Shown piece after piece: positions 39,838-51,500 of a DNA stretch of 64,000 nucleotides; positions within the stretch are counted from its first letter, which is position 1; the number at the start of each line of letters is the position of its first letter. The DNA is from Amoebophrya sp. A120 (taxonomy: Eukaryota; Protista; Dinoflagellata). Made by a program: the position numbers and the translations under genes. The notes below the pieces were generated by a model. It had not been told where the DNA came from. It saw only the letters and a program-made list of their open reading frames with translations, and ran no database searches. The stretch spans positions 3,280,768-3,344,767 of the forward strand of contig CAJINV010000009.1 in the NCBI GenBank assembly GCA_905178155.1, written 5' to 3'.

Positions 39838-42800
39838 ATGTTAGCCCGCAGCTCTTCTTCCGCGGTCGCACGGCGGTCGATATCGCGTTCCGCCGCGCGG
39901 CGAGCCCAGGTGCGCCGTGTTGAAGATCATGCGCAACATGTAGTTGCAGCACCGTCGGTGCTTTATTTCGGGCCTGGACGAATTTCCGCTTATGGCTACG
40001 GGTCAACATCGTCCACAGCGCTGTCCTTGCCCGGTCACGACAGGCACACGACCACTACTTCTACACATGGTCCGACGTCGCAGGTACGACCCTCATCAAG
40101 GGGCTTCGCAACCTCGAGTCCACCGGGGACGAAAGACCACGATGAAACGCGACCGAGTACTAAAACGACAACCTCCTCCAGCACCGAGGCTGGAGATGAG
40201 CAAGCAGTGACCACGTCGAGCAGTGTGAGTTCTAATGGTAGTGCGAGTAGTACCTCCTCTTCAAGTTCAAGTTCCAAAGACGAGAAAATTCTGGAGAAGG
40301 CGATTCTGGTAGACGCTGAGAAGGAGGTGCTGACTTCTGTGGAAACGAGTTTTCACGGAGCTGCGGTAACAAGCGGATCTGGTTCCACTGCAAGTTCTTC
40401 ACGAAAGAACGGGTCTTCGTCCTCTGGAGGTGGATCTTCGTCTTCCAGCTCCAAACAGAATAAAAATGCATCTACTTCACACTCGACAGTGGAACACACC
40501 CTCAACCAACTCCCTGAGGAGGAAATTTCCGGGCACCTCTGGTTTTCTAACATCTACCCCAATCAGCGCCATTTCCTTGATTTTCGCTGGTTTTTCACGA
40601 CGCAGAACCACCGAACGCTCATCCCGCAGCTGCTTCCCCCCAGCAGCATCAAGATTGCGCGGTACTTGCCGCGGAAACGGGAGGGGGGCGTGTTTGTGGA
40701 CTTCATCGCGCACCCGAGGTTCCAGAGGTCGATCTTGTCGAAGATGGGCAAGTCGATAAAACTGCGAAAAGAGGAGAAAACGAACGCCGAAATCCATTCG
40801 TTTGTGTCCATGGGTGTGCAGAAATTTTTGAAAAAAAACGACTACAAAGCGCCCCTGACCAACTACTACGTGCGGGCGCACGAGGTTTTAGGAAAACCCT
40901 TCATCGACGAGTTTATCGGGCGGTATCCAAGTAACGTGCTCAAAGTCAAATTGGGCGAGGAAGTGAATATTGCAGCAGCTGGTCCCGTTGGAAGTTCTAC
41001 TTCAGGTGCAACCACTTCTACGGTCACTCCGACCAGTTCGTCAGCAAGTGGTTCTACTGGCGACCAAACTACAACTGGCCATTTACTAGAAGAAGTAGCT
41101 GTGCCACCAGCCGCGGGAACAAGTGCAAAGAGCTCGAGCAAAATGAAGATGAAGACCAAACAGGCAAAGATGGCGAGCCTGAAGCAGAACAAAACCACGA
41201 AAATGATGTCAAAGCAGGATCCTGTGGTGGAGAATCAAGACCACAAGCTCGTGGACATCGCATCGCCTGGGTTAAATTTGGTGATCCGGGGGGAGAAAAG
41301 CTCTACAGGAGCAGGGGAAAACAAAAGCGACGCCAAGGAGAAAATGCAGCAGAAGTATCAAAAGGCGTTGGAAAACGCGACCTTTTTCAAGGAAGAGAAC
41401 CTGCATGCGGTGATGCGCTCCTTTGGACAGTTGGTTGACATGAAGTACGACAGTGCCAGCCAGGAGTGGCGCGTGCAGTTCCTCCGCGCACACTCGGCCG
41501 TTGCCGCCCGGAACTGCCTGCATCGGGCGCCCTTGCACAAAATCTACTCCAGCATCGTCTATCGGGAATTACGGGAGCTGTACGATGCGCGAAGTACGAC
41601 CCCGCTGGAGGGCGGGAATGCCGCGGACGGGCATGGTGCGCTGGATGTTGCTGGAGGGACGATTTATTTTGGGGAGGAGGTATTACGGACTAAGGATTGA
41701 TGTGAAACAGAAACTCACAGGAGATTTGTACGTCGATACATTTTGTCTTCTTGCATGAGGTTTTCAAATAAGCAGCAAGATGACCTGACGATGGTGCATC
41801 GGAGTCAGTGTAGTCTTCATGTTGCGAGCATCACCAACTTCAAATCAAGGATGATAAAAGCGATCTAAAAAAACAGGACGACGCCCCGGCCCGCGTGCCC
41901 GGGATGCAAAGAATTCGGCACTACGGACAAAAATTCGCGGAGCGGCTGACGAGCATGTATGTGCACGGGAGGTTTGGAAGGAATACTGAAAGTACAACTC
42001 GAGTCATCGGTGCGGGAAGTAGTACGACTGGCGATCAGCAACTCGGTTCATCTTCTGAGCATGCACACAGCAACTACACGCTTACCTCCTCCTCGACAAG
42101 CAGCAGCACCACCAGCGCAAAAATCCCCTCCACAGTGTCCCTCCCGTTGCCAAAAACTCTGCCGGACGAAGTGATCGCCAAAACACAGTCCACGGTTTTC
42201 GAAATCAAGTACGAGCAGAGCCAAGCGCTCCGAACACTCCGCGAGCAGCTGGTGCAGAATTGGCGGATGGCGATTTTGGCCCTCCTGGGGTTAGTAGGTT
42301 TCAGCACGACGTTATCCAGGAAAAAAACTGTGTAAGTGTAACTTTCTGTGGCTAACAGCATCACAAATTTGCTCTACATGACAGGGAAAACCTGTCATGC
42401 GTGGCTTGTAAGGGAAAACACATATGAAGAGAGGACTTCATGGCTGTCTGGCATGACAAGTGTAACTGTTTTGCATTTTCTGCATCACAGATTTACACTT
42501 ACACATTTTTTTTCTTGCATAGACGTTTCTCTTTGACCCCTTGCGATTGTTTTTCGTGAAGCGGAAAATCGAGGCGGCCTACGATCTATCAACTGCAAAT
42601 ATGTCTGGGTCTGGAAGAATGCCAGACTTGTCATGCAGGTTTTCCATGACCCATGAGGTCTGGTATGTAGGACATAGCATGACAGATCCTGTGAGAGTTC
42701 TATCATGCCAATCCTGCATGAGACACCGCCTCTCGGTTAGGTCAAAAGTGGACATCAGCTTTTGGTAGTCATGCAACGCAAATTTTTACGTGAGTCAGAT

Positions 42801-45800
42801 TTAGCATGACAAGTTGCTTTGTTCCAGCCCCAGACACTTTTGCATTTGATACGATCGGAACTCCTACGCGTATGGGTACGGAAAGAGCGGCGAGACGGGT
42901 GGGTTGCTGTGGTTCCTGCCGACGCGGCTGTTGGGGATGGGAGATTGGCTTGGTATGATAGAAGAAGCTTTTGCATTTTTTTTTCTTTTCATCTGATTCG
43001 GGGTCTGTTGCTGCTGCTGGTATTGTTCTTTTCTTGTGCCTGGAAGATGATGAAAACACATTCTGTATACTTGAACAGAAGCAATACAAAAAACCAGGCC
43101 TCGGCGCCCTGTACCGCGCTTTGCGGATGTCGACGAGTAGTGCGTCGCGCACGGGACGCGGGCGCATGAATTTGGAAGAGCAGTTTTCGCAGGCGCGGAA
43201 GGAAGATTTGGAAAAAATCAAGCACTGGCTGCGCACCGACCCCCCGGAGCGCGTGATGCTTCTCACCGGGCCGCGGGGCGATGGCAAGCTCGAGGTGATT
43301 CAGGAAATTTTCCGCGACAACTATATCACGAAGAGTAGTGGTACTGGTACGACGGTGGGGCAAGAACATCAAGTGGGAAGTAGAACTACAATCGGGGCAA
43401 CATTATCTGCACCACGCGAGGTGGACCATCAGCCAGTGACACACAGCTCCACGACGGCGTTGCAACCGGTCGTCGAGTATGAATTGCAAAACGTCTGGGT
43501 CGGGAAGGTTGGAACTTGTGATGCTAACTCTGGACTCTAAAAAAATCTGTATTGCATGACCAGCAAGAGGACTCTAGTTTGTGCTACGCGGGGATGGCAT
43601 TTGTCATGCGGATTAGGTATCAGGAAGGGTTCTGAAAATCTGTGATGGTAGGGCATACATCACAAACAATCCTGGGTCATGCAGAACATGCATGACAAGT
43701 CTCAGAATCTTCCAGACCCAGACATTTTTGCATTTGATATCGAGCTGGATTTTTCCCCGTTACTAGCCCGGAACAAGGATGAAAGGTTCCTCCTAAACGC
43801 GCTGTGTCGCATGTTCAACTACTACCCGGCGATGCTGATTTGGGACCAGTCCGCGGCCCTGCTCGACACCGTCGTGCCCGGCGCGAGTCGGATCGCCGGC
43901 GGGTCGGGCGGGGGAATGAACGAACAGGTGAACACGCAACTCTCGCGGATCTTGTCTTTCACGACCGTCGCACTGGCACAGCATAAGGAGGAACGGCGGA
44001 AACGGGAGGAGAAGGGCTTGACGGGTTTGAGTGGAGGTGGTACAACAGCTAGAACATCTGCTGGTGATATTGATCAAGCAAAATCTTCGTCGAACAGCGG
44101 TGATGCCGTTCCCGCCTCCCTGACGCAGAACACGAAGGAAAAGTACCCGCTCTTCGTGATCGAGGGCTTCACGCAGGAGAATTTGGACTCCATACCGAAT
44201 CTCCTGGAACTTCTCATCAAGTGGGCCGCGCTCGTTTCCGAGCGAAAATTAGCCAAAGTCGTTTTTCTCATCGACGGGTCCTGGGGCCACTCGTTTTTCC
44301 AGAAGGTCTTGAAGCACCGCCCGGACTTGCTGGAAGAGAAAGTCTGGGGCGACGTGCCGATGGAAATGGTCCGGGAGTGGCTCGGGGAGAGGTTTTTGGT
44401 CGATCTAGCGGAGTTGGAAGGACTGAAAACAGCAAATAATGCTGACGAAGTTGATCATAAAACTAGCGACGCACTGGTGTCCTGGGCGACGAAGAGAAGT
44501 ACTACTACAACTAGCGCTGCTACCGGTGATGTTGCAGCCGGCTCAACACCAACATCTTCGGAAGTTCCAACGACCACTAGTACGACAGCCCAGGAGCTTA
44601 TACTCGGTGAGAAAAATCGACTGAAGACGCAAGAAGTTTTCCCGCCAGCCGTGTCTACGGGTGAGGCAGCGACTGACTATGGAGGAATAAACCTTCTGGA
44701 AGTTGTAGCCGGTGGATCGTCAACAACATCCTCTTCCTCTAAAGTACAAACACTTGATGTGGCTGGAGAAAAATCAGGACAACAAGTCCTTTCCCCGCCG
44801 CCGTCCCTTCTCCACGTGTGTTCCCCGCAGGAGAAGGTGTTTATGATCAACCGCATCTTGAAGACCCTCGGGGGCCGCTTGTCAGACTTGGAGATTCTCC
44901 AGTCGAAAATTGAGAACGACAACATGATATGAAATGCAAATATGTCCGGGTCTGGACGGTTAGAACTTGTCATGCCAGATCTTGATCACTGAAAAATCTG
45001 TGTTGCATGAACTCCAAATAAAGCTGCCCACTTCTTGGTAGGCAGAAGGCGGATTTCTCATGCGGCATAGGCATGAGGAAGGTCTTGCAAAACCTGTCAT
45101 GCTTCTGTGTGCATTCCAGACCATGCACGTGGTCCGCGAGATGCATGACAAACCTTGCACTCTTCCAGAGGACCCAGACATATTTGCATTTGATACATGA
45201 CGCCGTCGGAAGCTCTGGCGGAAATGATCGAGACCACGACCACAACGGTCCGCTCTCTCCTGGTCCGCGACGAGAAAGAGGCGCTGTCCGTATCCTGAGC
45301 AAAAACGTCTCCACCCCAGAGTTGTCATGCAGATTTGCAATGACAGGAACATTTGCAATGCGCATCTACATGAGAAGCATTTCCAATCGTGTTTTGGAAT
45401 TTGTAATGCTGTAAACAGGATGAGGAGATGGGTTTGTGATGCGACTGCCCTTGCTAACCTACACTACACTACAACGACGAACTTGTCATGCATGGCTTCC
45501 AAAACTCTTGGATTTCTCTTGCAGAGTTCGCAACTTGACTATGGGGTAGGGACGTTTTTACTCAGGATAGTCCGCGAACCAGCTTTGGTCCCGGAACCAG
45601 TTGTGGAAAGCGATTGAGATCTTGGCGCTCGGGGAGGCGAAAGCGGAAAGAGCAACTGGTAGTGCTGTGAAAGGTGGACAAGCCGCGGCGCACAAAAATA
45701 CCTCCTACGTCACCTACGATGCGTTTCTCGATTACGTGCTACGTGGGGACGAGCGCATCATGCGGCACATGCTCGCGTCGCAATTGATAACCACGAAAAT

Positions 45801-47667
45801 GGTCGAAGTCCTTGGGGAAGAAGAAGTAGACCACTCTGGAAGTGCAGCAGCAGCAGTAGGTCCACTGCGAGTTGATCATGAAGCGGGTTCCTTCTACTTC
45901 CGTCGCTTCGGGCAGCGAAAGATGCAGCAAATCGTGCTGCCCGGGTCGCCTTTATTCGGCGAAGTTTACAATCGGTTGTATTTGGGGGAGGAGAGTACAA
46001 TTTCAAGTTCGAGTTCAAGCGAGGGGACCAAAAAAGACCCTTCCACCAGAACGTCCAGCATCTCCACTTCCTGCCGCAACATTTTTGGCCTCTCCGCTGT
46101 GAAGGAAGACATCGGGAAAGTGGAAAAGGACCTGCAACACTACGAAGCCGAATTATCTTGATTAAAAACGTCCCCACACCAGAGTCAAGATGGGAAATTT
46201 GCTAGACAAATCAGCCAGCTTTGGTGGTTTCGCATGACAACTTTGTCCTCGTAGTGTAGTCCTTTTTTGCTAGTTCAGCAGCATCACAGATATAGCATTA
46301 TCGCGCTGATTCTAGCATCACAAATTTCAAAACACGAATAGAGAATGCCTCTCATAGGGCTCCGCATGAGAAACTTTTATTTTTGGCATGCAGATTTGCA
46401 TTACAACTCTGGGGCGGGGACGTTTTTACAAACAATAGGAATTGCAGAAGGTTTACACGGCGGAAAAAGATTTGCGGAAACTCGAGCGCGACGCGCACGC
46501 CGTGGTACACCACCACATGCTGTTGGCGGAACGCGCAGGTGGCGGGACTTCAACATCGAGTTTTGGGTCTTTTTTGAATTCTTTCGTGACCAATTTGGTC
46601 TTCTTTCCGGTGAACGTGATTCTGTACCCCTTCAACAGGAGTGTCACCTTCGCAAACATTGTGGACGACATATGGGGTTCTCAAAGAACGTTACATTCTC
46701 AAGTGTTGCGTGATTTGTCATGCAAAATGACCATGAACCACCAGACGACCAAGCTGCTTCGCATGACAAATTCTCGGGCGGCTAAACAGCACTAGTAGAG
46801 TTATCCGTGCCAACAAATCTGTAATGCAAGCCGCGCAACGCTCTCCCCCTCACCTGTGGTGCTATTCTTGCATTACAAATTCATGCAACAGTTGAGAATG
46901 TAACCTTTGGGAACGCCATACGACACGACCTTCGAGCGGCAGAAGGCGGTGATTGAGGAGAAGAGGGAGGAGATGGAGTTCAAGGTCTTCGAGTCGCTAT
47001 CAAATGTAAAAATGTCTGGGTCTGGAAGAATTCACGTTTGTCATGCTTGTCTGGCATGACTTTTAAATCTGTCATGCACGTTACCCAAGAGCTCCGTTGT
47101 CCTGTGATGCAGAAGTGCAGTTTGTCATGCGGAATAGGCAACACCTAGGAGCTCCGAAACTTGTCATGCTGAGCCAGCATTTGTAGCCTCATCATGAAAC
47201 GCCACCCAGCATCACAAGTTTCCAGACCCAGACATTTTTGCATTTGATAGTCGCGAAAGCTGTATTTGCTCGGGCGAATCCACAAGGAGCAGGAGAAGCT
47301 GAAATATCCTGTGTAAAAACGTCCCCACCCCATAGCCAAGTTGGTAAGTCTGCAACACAAATCTCCAAGTTTTGGGAGTTTTGCGTGACAAGTTTCCATC
47401 TGTAGCGTAGTGCAGGTTAGGAAGGGCAGCCGCAGGATGAAAGCCAGCTTGTCATCCTGTTTACAGCATTACAAAGTCGAAAACACGATTGGAATTGTCT
47501 CTCATGGGGAAGCGCATCACAAATGCCCCCGTCATTGCGCATTTGCATGACAACTCTGGGGTGGGGGCGTTTTTTCTGAGGATATGAAAATTCTGATCGC
47601 GCGCAAGGACGAATACTCGGCCGAGAACAAAAAACGGAAACGGGAAATCGTGCCGTTTGCGGTGTGA
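39838..47667 (+). CDS. YME2: Mitochondrial escape protein YME2/RNA12-like (RRM + TM + P-loop-like); exons 39838-41679, 41877-42312, 42527-42586, 42857-42952, 43098-43477, 43745-44927, 45201-45290, 45575-46153, 46443-46670, 46926-46997, 47255-47304, 47590-47667
   Basis: Arg/Ser-rich presequence; WFSNIYP, REGGVFVDF, GKPF..YPS, SAVAARNCLH, FDPLRLFF, TGPRGDGK, GGRLSDLE and W..NQLW. Continuous frame after removing nine introners and two GT-AG introns. Confidence 0.82.
42313..42521. mobile_element. Introner family H, DR gacgt
   Basis: TIR tatccaggaaaaaaactgtgtaagtgtaa / ttacacttacacattttttttcttgcata; removal gives TT|FLFDPLR. Confidence 0.92.
42587..42851. mobile_element. Introner family A, DR cgatc
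   Basis: Family A TIRs; frame restored on removal. Confidence 0.92.
43478..43739. mobile_element. Introner family A, DR tcgag
   Basis: Family A TIRs; VVE|LDFSPL. Confidence 0.9.
44928..45195. mobile_element. Introner family A, DR catga
   Basis: Family A TIRs; DNM|TPSEAL. Confidence 0.9.
45291..45569. mobile_element. Introner family F (reverse orientation), DR gtccg
   Basis: The interior matches the reverse complement of 47305-47584; LS|ANQLW. Confidence 0.92.
46154..46437. mobile_element. Introner family F, DR cgaat/ggaat
   Basis: tatcttgattaaaaacgtccccac ... ggggacgtttttacaaacaata; EAE|LQKV. Confidence 0.9.
46671..46920. mobile_element. Introner family K, DR cgaca
   Basis: TIR tatggggttctcaaagaacgttacattctcaa / ttgagaatgtaacctttgggaacgccata. 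Confidence 0.9.
46998..47249. mobile_element. Introner family A, DR gtcgc
   Basis: Near-perfect family A TIRs. Confidence 0.92.
47305..47584. mobile_element. Introner family F, DR tgaaa
   Basis: tatcctgtgtaaaaacgtccccacccc ... ggggtgggggcgttttttctgaggata. Confidence 0.92.
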
Positions 47668-48589
47668 TGTTGAACGACGGAAGGCGATACATAGAAGAGA
47701 TGCCGGGGGGTCGTGTGGAGATGCACTTAATCTTAAGTAATGATGTGCACACGCTGCATATTATTTAAGTACATGTACAGCAGAAGGGAAAGAACGTTTG
47801 AATTCATCGACGGTCGTGCTGTAGTACAGTGGTTCGAGGACACTTGTAGTACAGCCGTCCACGACCCGATTTGTGATCATGTTGCTGATAAACGCGAACG
47901 AATATGAGGAACTCTCGAGTGGTCCCAAGGACAAGACGGTCGAAAGACCGGATCAATACTGCGGAGGACGGAGAGCTGGGCCGGCAAAGTGATGATGGCC
48001 CAGACGAGGACTTGGTCGTCGTTGTTCTTTTCCGCTGTATTTTTGGTGCGTCTGTTGTAGTCAGCACCTATCGCTGCCATTGTTTCTACTTACATCTTCC
48101 TGCGATCTCGCTTTCCTGATGTAGTACTCGCAAAAGTGGCAGGACGTGTCCCGCACTCTCTGTTGTTTTTCGATTTCGCGGTAGAGTTTGTCTTTGTACC
48201 GATTTTAGTATCAACTTCGGCGCTTCTATGCGATCGGTTTCGGTACAGAGTGTCATGATACGATTCGTTCGGTGAATTTTGCGAGCCCTTCGCTTTTCGT
48301 AGCGAAATCCATTTATAGCTAAGCAGTTTCATCATCAGCCTAAAGCAGTGGAGGGGAGGCGCACTGTAGAGCTTTTTGTTTGATCCACGATCGTAAGTTC
48401 GCTCGCTCGTTCGCTTCGTTGTCCGCTTCTTGACTACGAATGAATAGATTAAGATTTGATTACGAACTGCGCCTGATTCCGAGACCTATAATTTATCGAG
48501 GGAACTTTAAAAGCGAGGAGAGGTAAATTCTTTGTAAACGTAAAAAAGCAAGTAGAGCCAGAAAAATAAAGTCTAATTCCGAATAAATC

Positions 48590-51500
48590 ATGCCCGATAT
48601 TGTTCCCAGCGCGTCCTCCTCCTCGAAGGCTGTGAAGCCGAAGGAGCAGTTCATAGGGACGACATCATCCGCAAGTGCTGGCTCGGCCTCGAAGCAGAAG
48701 AAAGGGCTGAAACCCGCTGCCAGCAAGTCCGTTCAATCACGAGATGACAAGAAGGCTCGACGTCACCAGCAGGAGGATGACAAAGGGAAGAAGAGCACGA
48801 AAAATTATAGACCCCCGCCGGCGCCGCGGCTGGACGAAACAAAATCAAAAGTAAAGGTCCAGCCTTCTTCGCAACCAAACAAGAACTCTCCCGCCCCTCG
48901 ACTGCCGACGACCAAGCCGCTCCTCCCACCTTGTCTCGAGGAGTTGCGCACCACAAAAAACCACTTGCAACCGGTGGACGCCGATCGAATCGACGATCCA
49001 AATCTGAAGCTCGACGCGGCCGGGGTGCCGGTGGTGCTGAAAAGCTTGAGGGAGACGAGGAGCAACGACAAAAATCACAATCAGGGTAGGTCATCTAATA
49101 TTTGCGGTACTAGTTCTGCGGATAATTCATCTACTGCGAACAAATTTTTATCCGCTAAGCAACGGCGGCACCTCACCGTCTTGAGCAAAAATCTAGGGCC
49201 GTTGGACCACGATCGAAGGCGGCTGATCAAGCAGTGGACCGCGGTTCTGTTCCCGCTGGTAGAGGTGGACGAAGGGAACATAAAGAAGCAGAATGATTCG
49301 CATGCACAACAAGCCACGTCCACCTTGTTAACAACTGCGTCGTCCGACGTGAAGAATGCAGCGGGTGGGGGACAGCGACAGCCGTCTGATGCTCCTCTAC
49401 TTCCGGATGAGTGTAGTTCTTCCACGAGAGGAAAAGAAGTTGGTGGCAAGAAACCAGAGGTAGGAACGACGTCTTCATCTAGCGGAATAAATGGAAAAGT
49501 AAATGAAGTTCTGTTACAAGAGCCAGTAGATTGTGCATCGCTTGAAACCAAGAAGAACAAGGACGACCTGCCTAGCACAATAAAAAATCGCGCGAAACAC
49601 GAACTAATATCGCGGTGCCTGCAGTTGCACCCCGACGACTTTGGCGTGGAGGAAATCGAAGCGCTCGAAGAGTTACGGAAAGCCATGCTCAAGAAAAGAA
49701 AAGCCCGCGCGCAGGTGTTGCAGAGCTTATTGCACGACGGGCGGGGGTTGGGGATGGGGTTGCACTTGCAGAACGAGAACCAGAAACAGGATGAAAAACC
49801 TCCGCAGAAGGTGATGAACGACACTGGGGCATCAAATAAAACTACTACATCGAGTCGCACACCAGAAGAGTCCTGTGCAACGCCCGCAAACCTGTTTTCC
49901 CAAACGCAGCATTTCTTTGCGGACGGATCGCAGACGCAGACCGGGGACGAGATCATGGAAGGCCCACGACCTGGTGTGGAAAAAATGACTGCTACTTCGG
50001 GTCAAAAAACAGTGGCGGGAGATGAAAAGCAAGGACAGGTGGGTGAAGTAGATGGCTGCGGGAACAACATTACGCCCGGATTTTTTGCGTTTCCGTTTTC
50101 ATCTTCAACACCTTCACAAACACCCGCGTTTAATAATACTCTTACGCCAGGTTACAACTACGGCACGAGCCGCTTGCTGCCGTTTCAAAACAAGAGGCGG
50201 GAGGAGATATTGGCGGAGGAAGAGAGAAATAAACGGTTGAAGAGGAAATACCTGATATCGAAAGGAAAAATCCCCCCTCCCCATATCAAAACGGAACTTC
50301 TGATGCTGGAGTTGTGTACACAAATCAGCTTTGTATTGCAGCAAGGCATAATTGCGGCTAGACCCCCAGTCTGCGTTTGGGTGTAGTTGTTCAGCATTGC
50401 AAACGGCTGCCCTTTAGGCGCAACAGCGTGGCAAATCGTTTCCTTAACGGGGCAAAGGCTTGTGCCCTTGTTTTCTTGCAAGACAAATGTGATTTGTGGC
50501 CACAAATCAGCAACGCAAATCTTCGGAAACATACAGCGTCAATATGGGCAGGGGGAGTTTTTCCGTTCAATACGTGAAGCAGCTGAAAGTGATTTACGAA
50601 AACGAAATCCTGAAAAAAACGTCAGAGCTCCGGAAGGCGCAGGTGCTTTTCAGCAAGCAGGAGGGAAAGTTGCGGGAAATCCAAGCAGAGAAATTGGAGT
50701 TGGAGATGGGGACGAACTACTGCAGTGGAGCGACCTGCGGAGCTAATGTGTTAGAAAAGCAACTGTTCAAGAGCCATCCGACCGATTTCACCCACCTCTC
50801 CGGCGCCCGACAAGTTGCCGACTACCTTGAGTTTCTTGTTTCCGAGCGCCGGTTCTGGCTGGGAATTTCGGAAAACTTGGAAAAAGTGGAGAAGATGTTG
50901 AAGGAAGAGACAAGAAGAAGAAGTTGTGGGACGGCCACTTCTACGCTGGATAAACAGAGTTCATCCCTGGTGGAGAAGAAATCCGTGGATTCAGCAGCAA
51001 ACGAAGACAGACTCGTGGCGCGAAACGATAGCGAAACGAGGAAAAATCAGTCGTCGCTTGCAGTACCAAATGAAGAAGCAAGTGACGACGAAGTAGAGAA
51101 CGCTGACAACTACAATAGGACCACGAGCACGGCGACTTCCAGCAGACAGCTTGTGGCTGCAGAGAGGTTTTTTCACGAGGAGATCCAGGAAAAGATTCTT
51201 TCTCGTCGGCGCGAGCAACAAGCCAGTCTTTTTCCTAATAGTAAAAGCAACAAACGGAAGCGGAAAACAAACTTGTCCCTCGTGAAATCCGGCGAAGAAC
51301 CTGGAGGTGCAAGCTCTTCGAAGAAAAGGAAGATAAAAGAAGACCAGAACCACGACTCTAAGAACTCAGGCGGACGGGCGGAAACGACGGATCACTGTGA
51401 AGATATGGCAATGGGAAATACTTTTTTCAGAAAACTTTTTTTTTTCGCCGCATATGATCTCACGGCACTCCATAGGCATACAAGCGGGCACGCGCAGAAT

